A DNA stretch of 64,000 nt from assembly GCA_963781885.1 (NCBI GenBank), contig CAWAHW010000004.1, positions 352,001 through 416,000 of the forward strand, in the 5' to 3' direction. This document shows, piece by piece, positions 46,848 through 56,952 of the stretch. A program made the translations under genes and the position numbers. The notes under the pieces were generated by a model. It worked only from the letters and a program-made list of their open reading frames with translations, did not search any database and was not told the origin of the DNA. Within the stretch, counting starts at the first letter, position 1, and every line of letters starts with the position of its first letter. Source of the stretch: an uncultured Spirochaetota bacterium (GTDB lineage Bacteria > Spirochaetota > Spirochaetia > SZUA-6 > Fen-1364).

Positions 46848-48380
46848 ATGACGACAACCATCAAAAAACTGCGTTACTACGCGGCCGGTTGGAAAGAATC
46901 CCGGACGGCAAAATACATGGATTGCTTCGACCCGTCGACGGGCGACGTGATCGCCCTCGCGCCACAGTGCACCGCCGACGAGGTGAACGAGGCAGTCGCC
47001 GCGGCCGCGGCGGCGTTTCCCGCCTGGTCCGATACGACGCCCAGCAAGCGCGTCCAGGTGTTGTTCAAGATGAAGACCCTCATGGACACGCACCTGGACG
47101 AGATCGTAACGCTGGTCGCCCGGGAAAATGGAAAAGTGCTCGACGAAGCGCTGGGCGATGCCATCAAGGTGACCGAGCTCATCGAGTTCGCCTGCGGCAT
47201 TCCCCACATGTTGAAGGGTCACGCTCTGATGAATCTCACGCCGGGGTATGACACCACGCAGTACCTGGAGCCGCTGGGCGTGTTCGCCGGCATCGTGCCG
47301 TGGAACTTCCCCGCCATGCTCCCCATGGGCTGGATCGCGCCCCTGTGCATCGCCACCGGCAACACGCTCGTGCTGAAGCTCGCCAGCTTCGTTCCCCAGT
47401 CAGCCATCAGGATCATGGAGCTCTGGGAAGAGGCGGGCCTGCCCAAGGGCGTCATCAATCTGGTCACCTGCTCCCGCAATGAAGCCGAGGTGCTCCTGAA
47501 GCATCCCGACGTGAAGGGCGTCACCTTTGTCGGCTCCACCTCCATCGGGAAACACATCTATGCCACCGCTGCCGCCAACGGCAAGAGGGTGCAGGCCCTG
47601 ACGGAGGCCAAGAACCACGCCCTGGTTCTCAAGGACGCCGCCCTGGAGCGCTCGGCCCGCAGCATCGTTGCTTCCTCGTGCGGCTGCGCCGGGGAGCGCT
47701 GCATGGCGCTGCCCGCGGTCGTGGTGGAAGAGCCCATCGCGGACGCGCTGGTCGAGCTGCTTGCCCGGTTCATGAAGGAGCTGAAAATCGGGCCTGCCTA
47801 TGAGAAGTCCAGCCAGCTCGGCCCCCTGGTCAATGCGGAGCACCGACAGTCGGTGGTCAACTGGATCCAGAAGGGCGTCGACGAAGGGGCAAAGCTCGTG
47901 GTGGACGGTCGCTGCGCCACCGTCAAGGGATATGAGAAGGGCTTCTACCTCGGCCCGACGCTTTTCGACCACGTGACGCCGGGCATGACCATCGGCGACC
48001 GTGAGGTCTTCGGACCCGTGCTCTGCGTGAAGCGCGTGAAGAACTTCGAGGAAGGCATCGCGCTCATGAACAGGAGCGAGTTTGCAAACGGATCGGTGAT
48101 CTTTACGCAGAGCGGCTACTACGCGCGGGAGTTCGCACGGCACACCCACGGCGGCATGGTGGGCGTCAATGTCGGCATCCCCGTCCCGCTGGGCATGTTC
48201 GGGTTCACCGGGCACAAGAACTCGTTCTTCGGTGACCTGCACACCATGGGGACCGACGGTGTGCGTTTCTTTACCGAGCTGAAGACCGTCACCGCCCACT
48301 GGTTCTCGGAGAAGGAAGCGCGCGAAGGCAAGGTCGTCAATACCTGGGACGGGATGATCTCCCTCCCGGACAAGAAGTAA
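46848..48380 (+). CDS. mmsA: CoA-acylating (methyl)malonate-semialdehyde dehydrogenase
   Basis: PWNFP, FVGST, KRVQALTEAKNH, GCAGERCMAL, EVFGPV, GMVGVNVGIPVP, SFFGDLH. Confidence 0.93.
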   Translation: MTTTIKKLRYYAAGWKESRTAKYMDCFDPSTGDVIALAPQCTADEVNEAVAAAAAAFPAWSDTTPSKRVQVLFKMKTLMDTHLDEIVTLVARENGKVLDEALGDAIKVTELIEFACGIPHMLKGHALMNLTPGYDTTQYLEPLGVFAGIVPWNFPAMLPMGWIAPLCIATGNTLVLKLASFVPQSAIRIMELWEEAGLPKGVINLVTCSRNEAEVLLKHPDVKGVTFVGSTSIGKHIYATAAANGKRVQALTEAKNHALVLKDAALERSARSIVASSCGCAGERCMALPAVVVEEPIADALVELLARFMKELKIGPAYEKSSQLGPLVNAEHRQSVVNWIQKGVDEGAKLVVDGRCATVKGYEKGFYLGPTLFDHVTPGMTIGDREVFGPVLCVKRVKNFEEGIALMNRSEFANGSVIFTQSGYYAREFARHTHGGMVGVNVGIPVPLGMFGFTGHKNSFFGDLHTMGTDGVRFFTELKTVTAHWFSEKEAREGKVVNTWDGMISLPDKK

Positions 48381-48389
48381 GAGGATCCA

Positions 48390-48414
48390 CCCCCGGCGCG
48401 CCCGCGCCGGGGGG
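48390..48414. terminator. Hairpin between convergent genes
   Basis: CCCCCGGCGCG-CC-CGCGCCGGGGG. Confidence 0.55.
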
Positions 48415-50718
48415 CTATTTCTGCGGCGCCGCCGGGCCGAACATGCCCATGCCGCGCTGCGACTCTCCGTCCAGGAGCACGTGCAGGAGCTTGCCGTCTT
48501 TCAGGGACGGGATGTGCAGCACGTGGACCACCTCCGACAAATCCGCCGCGGCCGGCTCCAGCTCTGCAAGCAGGTTGTGAGAGCCAAGGAGGAAGTCCTC
48601 CTTCAGCATGCTGCCCGTGGTATCGGGGTACAGCGGCATGATCGCGATGTCGGCCTCCACGAGGTCCTGGAAGAAATGCGTGCCGTAGGAGACCTCGGGG
48701 GTGTAGCCGTCCCGGGCAAAAGCGATCTCCACGAGAAGCCGCGTGCTGTTGATGTCGGCATAGGTGACGCGCACGCCGAGATTGATGTCATTGCTGCCCC
48801 ACCGGCCGGGGCCCATGAGGGCATAGGGTTTTCCGGCAAGGCGGAGATTCAGCTTTCCCACCGTCCGTCCCACCTTGTTCTTCTTCTCCACGGTGTCCAG
48901 CCGGTCATACGCGCGCGGATCCACGTAGACGACGTATTCGATGTTGGTGATGCGGGCATTCGTGATGCCGGACCCGGTGAGGAAAAGCGTATCCTCCGCC
49001 GGCACGTTGGCCGGCAGCGGAACCCGGTCCGCCTCACGGCGCATGGAAAGTGAGCGGCACTGCAGGATGTACAGCTTGTTCTCATCCCAGGCGAACTCGA
49101 TGTCCACGGGACGGCCGTAGGCCGCCTGCACCGTGGAGAGCACCTTCCGCGCCAGGGACACGAACGCCGACTGCTTGAGGAAGTTGTCGAACGTGAGGCA
49201 GAGAGACGCCGGCGGGAGCTCCTGCGTCCTGAAAAGCGGCGCCCGCATCTCACCGTCCGCCATGAGCGAGCCGGCAAGGAAGAGGTCGGGATGGCCGCTT
49301 TCAGCGGCCAGGGTGCGGAAGTCGATCGTTTCAAATGTCCGCGTGCGGAGATTGATCGCATCGACCATCTTCTGGGAATACTTGTAGATCTGCTCGGGGG
49401 TCACCTCGGGACGCAGGGAGGGATGGGAAAGCGGTATCATGCGGGGATAGTCCCCGCCCACCCTGTCGACCGCCCGGGTCCCCAGACCGAATACCAGCCG
49501 TACAAGGCCATCGCTCTTCTTGATCTTCGGGTTCCATACCCACGCGTTGGAGGAATACATGACGCCCGCGGCAAAGGGGAGGAACCAGTCGCCGAATCTG
49601 CGGCCCACCACCTTCTGCACGATCATCGCCATACGCTCGTTGAAATCCAGCAGGCCGTGATCGCGCCGATAGATGATGGGGTCGGGCCCGTACATGCTGG
49701 CCATCACGGTCTTCACGCCGCGGATGAACGCGAGCAGCCGCTCGTCCTCGGTGCCCAGGTTGGCGAGGAAGATGGATTGGTACTTGCCCGAGAACGCCAG
49801 CCCGAAGCTGTCCTCCAGGTAGCTGGAGGAGCGGACGATGATGGGGTGCTCGCCGATCTGCCGGATCAGGGTGCGGAACTCCGCCACCACATCGTCGGGG
49901 AAGGAGGCTTTTTCGAACATCCCGCCGATGCTCTTGTACTCCTCGTCGATGGCGTCGCGGTCGCGGTACTTGTGGGTATGGAAGACGTAGAAGTGATTCC
50001 GATCGATGAAATCCGACATCACCCCCGAGCTGATGTACCACGTGTCGGGAACCGAGATGTACTTTTCGAAATCGGCGTCGCGGTCCTGGAGGATGGGCAG
50101 CAGGATCTTCTGCGCGACGATCATGCCGGCCGCCTTGCCGCCGAGCTTCCCGGGATAGGCAACATGCCCGATGGTATGCCCGAGCACCGTGTCGATGTCG
50201 CGGATGGTGACGTGGTTCTTGGCGATCCCGATGAAGGGAAGCTGGCTGGAGATGTAGTAGGAAAGGAGGGAGACGCGGATGCCCTCCGCCTCCTCCCGCG
50301 AGATGTACAGCTCGCCCTTGGGGATGTCGCAGAACTCGCGCAGCGCCCGCCAGATCGCGGCCGGATCGTTGTGCTCGCCGGAGACGACCCGGCCCAGCTC
50401 GTGGCAGCGGTCGCGCTTGCGCACGAGGTTCACCCAGTTCTCCACCTCCTCCTCGCCGAGGGAGTTGGCGAAGAGAAGATCGATGAGGCAGTCGGTGTAA
50501 TCCGCGCGGATGACATCCGTGTCGGGGGCCCCGTCCGCCGCCATCGCGCGGCTCACCATGCCCGCAAGGTCCTCCCGGACCAGGACGCCGCGCTCCACCA
50601 GCACGTCGAGGAAGGTGGAGCGCATCTGCGCCTGGAGCTCGGGGAAGCGCGCGATGAGGCGGAAGAGCCGATAGCCCTTCAGCGTCGTCCGGCTGACAAG
50701 GGAGTCGGGAAGGCTCAC
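48415..50718 (-). CDS. PEP/pyruvate-binding (PPDK_N-like ATP-grasp) domain protein, atypical PEP synthase-like
   Basis: [52 protein letters not shown]; GTG 50718 overlaps the gdh stop. Confidence 0.82.
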   Translation of the reverse strand: MSLPDSLVSRTTLKGYRLFRLIARFPELQAQMRSTFLDVLVERGVLVREDLAGMVSRAMAADGAPDTDVIRADYTDCLIDLLFANSLGEEEVENWVNLVRKRDRCHELGRVVSGEHNDPAAIWRALREFCDIPKGELYISREEAEGIRVSLLSYYISSQLPFIGIAKNHVTIRDIDTVLGHTIGHVAYPGKLGGKAAGMIVAQKILLPILQDRDADFEKYISVPDTWYISSGVMSDFIDRNHFYVFHTHKYRDRDAIDEEYKSIGGMFEKASFPDDVVAEFRTLIRQIGEHPIIVRSSSYLEDSFGLAFSGKYQSIFLANLGTEDERLLAFIRGVKTVMASMYGPDPIIYRRDHGLLDFNERMAMIVQKVVGRRFGDWFLPFAAGVMYSSNAWVWNPKIKKSDGLVRLVFGLGTRAVDRVGGDYPRMIPLSHPSLRPEVTPEQIYKYSQKMVDAINLRTRTFETIDFRTLAAESGHPDLFLAGSLMADGEMRAPLFRTQELPPASLCLTFDNFLKQSAFVSLARKVLSTVQAAYGRPVDIEFAWDENKLYILQCRSLSMRREADRVPLPANVPAEDTLFLTGSGITNARITNIEYVVYVDPRAYDRLDTVEKKNKVGRTVGKLNLRLAGKPYALMGPGRWGSNDINLGVRVTYADINSTRLLVEIAFARDGYTPEVSYGTHFFQDLVEADIAIMPLYPDTTGSMLKEDFLLGSHNLLAELEPAAADLSEVVHVLHIPSLKDGKLLHVLLDGESQRGMGMFGPAAPQK

Positions 50719-51962
50719 ACCCACCCGCGCAGCTTGCACGCCTCGGCGACCCTGCTCACCGAGACGAGGTAGGCGGCCTCCCGCATGTTCACCTTGTGGC
50801 GATCGTGCATCGCGTAGACGTCGCCGAAGGCCTTCGTCATCTTTTCATCGAGCCTGCTATAGACCAGGTCGAGGTTCCAGTAGTAGTTGTACGCGTTCTG
50901 GACCTGCTCGAAGTAGCTCACCGTCACGCCGCCGGCATTCGCAAGGAAGTCGGGGATGACGAACACGCCGTTCTTGTAGAGGATGGCGTCCGCCTCCGGC
51001 GTCGTGGGACCATTGGCGAGCTCGCAGACGATCTTCGCCTTGATGCGCGCGGCGTTCGCGTCCGTGATCATGTTCTCCAGCGCCGCCGGAAAGAGGACCG
51101 CGACATCCAGCTCCAGGAGCTTTTCGTTCGTGATGCTCTCCGCGCCCGGGAAGCCGGCGAGGCTGCCCTTCTTCCGCTTGTAGTCGATCAGCGCCTTGAC
51201 GTCGATGCCCTTCGCGCTGTACACGCCGCCCTGCGAGTCGGAAGCGGCGACGAGCTTCATGCCCAGCAGCTCCGCGCCGAGCACCGCGGCGAACTGACCG
51301 GCGTTTCCGAATCCCTGGATCGCCATGGGCTTGCCCTTCAGGTCCATGCCGAGCTTTGCCGCGGCCTCGCGCGTCACGAAGATGCCGCCCCGCGCGGTGG
51401 CGTCGCCGCGTCCCGCCGAGCCGCCCAGCGCGATGGGCTTGCCCGTGATCACGCCGGGGCTGTGCTGGCCGATGATCGTCTCGTACTCGTCCATCATCCA
51501 CGCCATGATCTCGGGTGTCGTGTAGACGTCGGGCGCCGGCACGTCGCCGGTTTCGGAGAGGAAGCGGCCGACGGCGCGGATGTAGGCGCGCGCAAGGCGC
51601 TCCTTCTCTCCCTGCGAGAGCTCCTTCGGGTTGCACGTGACACCGCCCTTTGCGCCGCCCAGGGGAAGGTCGACGACCGCGGTCTTCCACGTCATCCACG
51701 CGGACAGCGCACGCACGGTGTCGATCGTCTCATCCGGATGCCAGCGCAGGCCGCCCTTTGTCGGGCCGCGCGCGCCATTGTAGTGCACGCGATAGCCGTG
51801 GAATATGCGGATGCTGCCATCGTCCATGTGCACGGGAAAGGTTACCTGCAGCTCGCGCTGCGGCCAGCGGAGAAGCTGGTGCGTCGCCTCGTCGAGCCCC
51901 AGGGTGGCCGCCGCGGTGTCGAGCTGCTTCTGCGCGATTTTGAATGGATTGAGCTCTGCCAT
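50715..51962 (-). CDS. gdhA: Glutamate dehydrogenase (Glu/Leu/Phe/Val family)
   Basis: [48 protein letters not shown]; promoter TTGAAA-N17-TATAGT at 52024-51996. Confidence 0.93.
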   Translation of the reverse strand: MAELNPFKIAQKQLDTAAATLGLDEATHQLLRWPQRELQVTFPVHMDDGSIRIFHGYRVHYNGARGPTKGGLRWHPDETIDTVRALSAWMTWKTAVVDLPLGGAKGGVTCNPKELSQGEKERLARAYIRAVGRFLSETGDVPAPDVYTTPEIMAWMMDEYETIIGQHSPGVITGKPIALGGSAGRGDATARGGIFVTREAAAKLGMDLKGKPMAIQGFGNAGQFAAVLGAELLGMKLVAASDSQGGVYSAKGIDVKALIDYKRKKGSLAGFPGAESITNEKLLELDVAVLFPAALENMITDANAARIKAKIVCELANGPTTPEADAILYKNGVFVIPDFLANAGGVTVSYFEQVQNAYNYYWNLDLVYSRLDEKMTKAFGDVYAMHDRHKVNMREAAYLVSVSRVAEACKLRGWV

Positions 51963-52124
51963 GCTGGTTTCTCCTTGTTGTTTCGGACTTCCCGCACTAT
52001 AACCTTCTGAATTCCGTATTTCAAGACGGCAAGGGGAAACGCCGATGCATGGAACGGCCATTCACGGTATATTTATCGAAGCCCCCCGTGCGAGGCGGCT
52101 GTCAAAGGAAAAGGAGACCCGCGC

Positions 52125-53594
52125 ATGAAAAAACGCTTCCTGCTTTTCGCCGCGCTCCTGCTTGCGTCCGCGCCGTTGAGCCTTGCGGCCGCCGCGGACG
52201 TGACGGGTTTGCAGACGTACACGCTGGACAACGGTCTGGAGGTCTTCGTCCTGGAAAATCACAATGTTCCCCTTGCGCGCATACAGATCACGTTCCGCAC
52301 CGGCGCCATCAGCCAGACGCCCCAGACGGCGGGACTTTTCCACCTCTATGAGCACATGCTGTTCAAGGGCAACAGGGCCTATCCGAATCAGACCGCCCTC
52401 CAGGGGGCGCTGAAAGACCTCGGCGTGGGAGACTGGAACGGGGGCACATCCGTGGAGGACGTGTCCTACTATTTCACCGTGCCTGCGGACAAGGTGAGCA
52501 AGGGCATCCAGTTCTGGGCCGACGCCGTGCGCTACCCGCTCTTCGATCCCGCGGAGCTGGACACGGAAAAGAACGTTGTCGTGAATGAGATCCGCGGTTA
52601 CTTCAGCGACCCGGACAATATCTACAGCTCCGCCCTGGACAAGGCCATGTTCTGGAAATACCCGTGGCGAAAGGACGTGGGAGGCTCGGAGGCCCTGGTG
52701 AGGGCAGCCACGATACCGGTGCTCAAGGACATGCAGGCGACGTGGTACGTGCCCAACAATGCCGCCCTTTTCATCGGTGGGGACGTGGATCCCGCCGCCG
52801 TGCGGGCGGCGATCCAGACGTATTTCGGCGACTGGAAGAGGACGAATGATCCGTGGTCGTCCCCGCCGCCCGCCCACCCGGCGCCGCAGAAGGACGCCCT
52901 GCTGGTGTTCCCGGACGACCAGATGTATCCGGGGATCGTTTCGGTGGGCCTCCAGTTCCGGGGACCCGACGTCCTGGCCGACCCGTCGGCGACCTATGCC
53001 GCCGACGCGCTGGGCAATCTCCTGGACGACCCCAATGGGAAGTTCAAGACCGACATCTTCAACAGCGTCCCGGGCCAGTATCGCAAAGAGAGCATCAGCG
53101 AAGCCTATTCGACGATGCGTGACGGCGGCCTGATCGGCTTCGGCACGCTCATGCTGGTCTCCCCCCAGAAGGATACATTCGCCCGGCTCGCCTCGCTGAA
53201 GACGGCATTCGCCGCGGAGATGGGCGTCATCGCCTCCAACCCGTCCTATTTCACGGACGACAACTTCAGCGTCATGAAGCGACAGCTCACGGATGACCGG
53301 ATCTGGGAACGGGAGACGGTGAACGGTTTCGTGAGCTCCCTGTCCTTCTGGTGGTCGTCCGCGTCCACGTCGTACTACATGGGCTACTCGGACGCGCTCC
53401 GCCAGGTCACGCAGCCGGACATCGCGAAGTTCATCTTGACCTACATCATTTCCAAGCCGAGCGTGATGTCGATCCGCATGAACCCGAAGGATTTCGAGGC
53501 CGAAAAAGCACAGGCCCAGGACCAGGGGTGGGTCGTGATCAGCAAGGACAACGCATACTGGTGGGCCGACCAGGCCAAGGGGGTGTCGCAATGA
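52125..53594 (+). CDS. Exported M16 metallopeptidase, Zn-binding subunit
   Basis: Signal peptide; HLYEH (HxxEH), EKNVVVNE, WYVPNNA. Confidence 0.9.
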   Translation: MKKRFLLFAALLLASAPLSLAAAADVTGLQTYTLDNGLEVFVLENHNVPLARIQITFRTGAISQTPQTAGLFHLYEHMLFKGNRAYPNQTALQGALKDLGVGDWNGGTSVEDVSYYFTVPADKVSKGIQFWADAVRYPLFDPAELDTEKNVVVNEIRGYFSDPDNIYSSALDKAMFWKYPWRKDVGGSEALVRAATIPVLKDMQATWYVPNNAALFIGGDVDPAAVRAAIQTYFGDWKRTNDPWSSPPPAHPAPQKDALLVFPDDQMYPGIVSVGLQFRGPDVLADPSATYAADALGNLLDDPNGKFKTDIFNSVPGQYRKESISEAYSTMRDGGLIGFGTLMLVSPQKDTFARLASLKTAFAAEMGVIASNPSYFTDDNFSVMKRQLTDDRIWERETVNGFVSSLSFWWSSASTSYYMGYSDALRQVTQPDIAKFILTYIISKPSVMSIRMNPKDFEAEKAQAQDQGWVVISKDNAYWWADQAKGVSQ

Positions 53595-55093
53595 TCGCAC
53601 GACGCGCGCTTCTCGGTGCGGCCCTTGCCGCCCTGCTCCTTCCGCTCGCGGCATTCCCGCAGGCGCCCCAGCTCATGCGGGAGCAGGCAGCCGTCGAGGC
53701 GGGCAAGATCAACCCGTTCGCAAAGGAGAACATCCCCACCTTCTCGGTCACGTCCCTTGCCAACGGCATCCCCGTGATCGTGAAGAGGTCGCCGACGAAC
53801 CGCATCATGTCGCTGAAGGTGGTGCTCATGGGCCATGTCTCCTTCACCCCGGTCCAGAAGGCGGGGCTGGAAGCGGTGATGCTCCGCATGCTTACACGGG
53901 GCTCGGCGCACTACACCTATGCCGACGTCCAGAAGATGCTTTTCGAGACGTCGTCGAGCATCGCCGCCAACGCGGGCTCTTTCGACAGCAGCTCGCTGGA
54001 TCTCGTCACCATCGACACCTATTTCAACGAGCTCTTCCCCGTCTTTGCCGACGCCTTCCTCCACCCGAAATGGAATGCGGAAGAGTTTCCCCGGGTGATC
54101 AATGACTTCAAGCGCGCGAAGCAGCAGGAGGAGAACGACCCCTACGGCCTCATGAATCAGCTGCTCCGCGACAGTTTCTTCGCGGGTCATCCCTACGAGG
54201 CGTATTTCCAGGGCGAGGGATACTCGCTGGAGGGGATCACGCTCGACGACGTGATGTCCTACTACGACAAGAACGTGGCGTCGGGCCGCATCTTCATCGT
54301 CGCCGTGGGGAACTTCGATCGTGCCGCGCTCATCACGAAGCTCAACGCGACATTCGGTCTCCTGCCCCACTCCTCCTACGTCCGTCCGCCCGTTCCCGCC
54401 TTCACGGGAGCGGTGAAACCGGACCTGATCGTGGAGACATATCCGCAGTCGGAGGGGTTGGCGTACGTGCGCGGCAACTTCGCCATGCCCGGCCAGGACA
54501 GTCCGGACTTCGCCCCCTCGCTCCTCACCTTCAGCCTGCTGGACGACCTGCTCTTCGAGATCGTACGGACGCGAAACGGCGCGGCATACAGCGTCAACTC
54601 CACGGTGCACGGCTTCACGGCGAGCTACGGCGACATCACGGTCTACAAGACGGCCACGCCGGGCACGGTGAAACCGCTCATCGACCAGGCGATCGCGGTC
54701 CTCGCGTCGGGACGCAGCATGGGAGGCAACGTGACGGCATCAGCTGCCGGCAAGGGCGGAATCGGCAGCGCGGAAGAGGCGAAGGCCGCGAGCTTCGTTC
54801 CCGTCGCGGACGCCCTTCCCTTCTACAAGGCGAGCTTCCTCTCCCAGTTCTATTCAGGCCAGGAGACGAACATGTCGATCGCGGCGCAGATCGCATCGTC
54901 CATCATCTATGACGGCGACTACCGCGACTATCTCCTGATCATCGATCGCATCAACGCGGTCACCGCGGATGACGTCGTGCGGGTGACGAAAAAGTACCTG
55001 ATCGGCAATCCGACGCTCTGGATCGTCCTGGGAGACCCGGCCCTGCTCCAGAGCGTGAAGAAGGACGACTTCATGAGGTTCACGGCGCAATAG
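53591..55093 (+). CDS. Exported M16 peptidase partner subunit (no HxxEH)
   Basis: ATGA overlap; M16-type sequence without Zn motif; RTRNGAAY (R/Y pair). Confidence 0.85.
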   Translation: MIARRALLGAALAALLLPLAAFPQAPQLMREQAAVEAGKINPFAKENIPTFSVTSLANGIPVIVKRSPTNRIMSLKVVLMGHVSFTPVQKAGLEAVMLRMLTRGSAHYTYADVQKMLFETSSSIAANAGSFDSSSLDLVTIDTYFNELFPVFADAFLHPKWNAEEFPRVINDFKRAKQQEENDPYGLMNQLLRDSFFAGHPYEAYFQGEGYSLEGITLDDVMSYYDKNVASGRIFIVAVGNFDRAALITKLNATFGLLPHSSYVRPPVPAFTGAVKPDLIVETYPQSEGLAYVRGNFAMPGQDSPDFAPSLLTFSLLDDLLFEIVRTRNGAAYSVNSTVHGFTASYGDITVYKTATPGTVKPLIDQAIAVLASGRSMGGNVTASAAGKGGIGSAEEAKAASFVPVADALPFYKASFLSQFYSGQETNMSIAAQIASSIIYDGDYRDYLLIIDRINAVTADDVVRVTKKYLIGNPTLWIVLGDPALLQSVKKDDFMRFTAQ

Positions 55094-55130
55094 GTTTGCC
55101 ATCCGGGCAGCCAGGGAGTACTATTGCCGG

Positions 55131-55961
55131 GTGAAGCACGAGGAATACTCCTGGAAGTCGTTCGATGGTCTTTCGATGTTTGCCCAGTCGTGGGGGCCGG
55201 ACTCTTCCCCGCGCGCGGTCCTTGCGCTCGTGCACGGCCAGGGCGATCATTCGGGCCGCTATGTGCGGCTGGTGGAGCGGCTTGTCGCCGGCGGCATCGC
55301 GGTGAATGCAAGCGACAGCCGGGGGCATGGCCGCTCGGAGGGGCCGCGCGCCTTCACGCCGTCGATGGAAGCCCTCATGAAGGACATCGACACCCTGATC
55401 GAGCAGACGCGCGCGCGGTTCCCCGGCGTGCCCCTCTTCCTGTACGGCCATAGCTTCGGCGGGGAGCAGCTGCTCTCTTACGGGCTCGACAGGAAGCCTC
55501 GCGTCAGCGGCGTGATCGCCTCCAGCCCGCTTCTGGGATTCGGCATCCGCCAGTCCGCCGTCAAAGTCGCCGGCGCGAAGATTCTTTCGGCCATCGTGCC
55601 GAAGCGCACCATCCCCATGGGCGTTCCTCCCCGCTCGCTTTCCCACGATGCCGCATTCGTGGAGTCCAGCCTCAAGGATCCGCTGCTCCAGAACGTCGTT
55701 TCCGTCCGCTCCGCGATCGTCATGCTCCGCGCAAGCGAATGGATCCGGACCCACACGAGCTTCCCCCTCCCCCTGCTCGTCGAACAGGGAACGGACGACC
55801 TGTATGTCAACTCGTCCATGACCATCGACTTCGCGCGGAGTCTCTCGGGCGACGTGACCCTGAAGATCTGGGAGGGACTGTCACACGAGCTACACAACGA
55901 GCTGCGCAAGGATGAGGTGATCGATTCGATCATTGAGTGGCTGAACCGGCACGCACACTGA
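55131..55961 (+). CDS. Alpha/beta hydrolase (lysophospholipase-like)
   Basis: HGQGDHSGRY, RGHGRSEG, GHSFGG, GTDD, HELHNE. Confidence 0.9.
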   Translation: MKHEEYSWKSFDGLSMFAQSWGPDSSPRAVLALVHGQGDHSGRYVRLVERLVAGGIAVNASDSRGHGRSEGPRAFTPSMEALMKDIDTLIEQTRARFPGVPLFLYGHSFGGEQLLSYGLDRKPRVSGVIASSPLLGFGIRQSAVKVAGAKILSAIVPKRTIPMGVPPRSLSHDAAFVESSLKDPLLQNVVSVRSAIVMLRASEWIRTHTSFPLPLLVEQGTDDLYVNSSMTIDFARSLSGDVTLKIWEGLSHELHNELRKDEVIDSIIEWLNRHAH

Positions 55962-55995
55962 GCCGCCGGCCGCCACAGCGCCGGGGGCCACCTGC

Positions 55996-56952
55996 TCAAG
56001 GCGCCGCGTCCTGGAGTGGCGGAACGGGTATGGCTTTGAGCAGCTCGGCGAGGATGGCCTCCGACGACACCGCCCGCGCGGCTCCCTCCTCCCTGAGGAT
56101 CATCCTTTTGTTGAGCACGGGCACGACGATATCGCGCACGTCCTCCGGCACGGCATAATTCCTCCCTCTCATCGCCGCAAGGGCCTGCGCGCCCTTGTAC
56201 ACGGCAAGAGAGCCGCGCGGCGACACCCCGAGCACGAGACGGGGATCCGCGCGCGTCGCCGTCACGAGGTCCAGGATGTAACGGCGGAGAAGCGGGCTCA
56301 CGTGCACGCCGAGCACCTGCCGCTGCATTTCCACCAGGCCTTCGAGCGTGGCCACGGCGTGCACCGCTGAGAGCGGGTTTCCCACTCGGCGCTGCTGGAG
56401 CATGATGGCGCGCTCGGCCTCCCTGTCAGGATAGCCCAGGCGCAGGGAGAGAAAGAACCTGTCCTTCTGGACCTCCGGCAAGGGAAATGTCCCCTCGGAT
56501 TCGACGGGGCTTTCGGTGGCAATGAGGAGGAACGGATCCGGCAGCGGCAGGCTCCTGCCTTCCACGCTCACCTGGCCTTCCGCCATGGCCTCCAGGAGCG
56601 CCGACTGCGTCCGCGGTGTGGCGCGGCTGATCTCGTCAACGAGCAGCACATTTGTCATGATCGGCCCCTCGCGGAACTCGAAATCCCCGCTGGCCTGGTT
56701 GAAAATGGAGACGCCCAGGACGTCGGCAGGCAGGAGATCCGGGGTGCACGGGATCTGGCTGTATTTCCCCCCGATGCTCGCCGCAACCGCGCGCGCAAGC
56801 ACCGTCTTGCCGACACCCGGCACGTCCTCGATGAGAACGTGGCCCCGGCAGAGAAGCGCGACGCATATCTTCTCCACCGGGTCCTCGCTGCCCTGGAAGA
56901 CCCCCCGCACCGATGCAATGAAAGACTGTGCCCACGCGCTGACATCGCTCAT
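55996..56952 (-). CDS. moxR: MoxR-family AAA+ ATPase, copy 2 (divergent motifs)
   Basis: EDVPGVGKT, CTPDLLP, DEISRA, QSALLEAM, QKDRF. Confidence 0.88.
   Translation of the reverse strand: MSDVSAWAQSFIASVRGVFQGSEDPVEKICVALLCRGHVLIEDVPGVGKTVLARAVAASIGGKYSQIPCTPDLLPADVLGVSIFNQASGDFEFREGPIMTNVLLVDEISRATPRTQSALLEAMAEGQVSVEGRSLPLPDPFLLIATESPVESEGTFPLPEVQKDRFFLSLRLGYPDREAERAIMLQQRRVGNPLSAVHAVATLEGLVEMQRQVLGVHVSPLLRRYILDLVTATRADPRLVLGVSPRGSLAVYKGAQALAAMRGRNYAVPEDVRDIVVPVLNKRMILREEGAARAVSSEAILAELLKAIPVPPLQDAAP

Noticed and set aside
48415-50718. Canonical phosphoenolpyruvate synthase (ppsA)
   Set aside because: Lacks the phospho-His swivel motif and the C-terminal PEP/pyruvate-binding barrel
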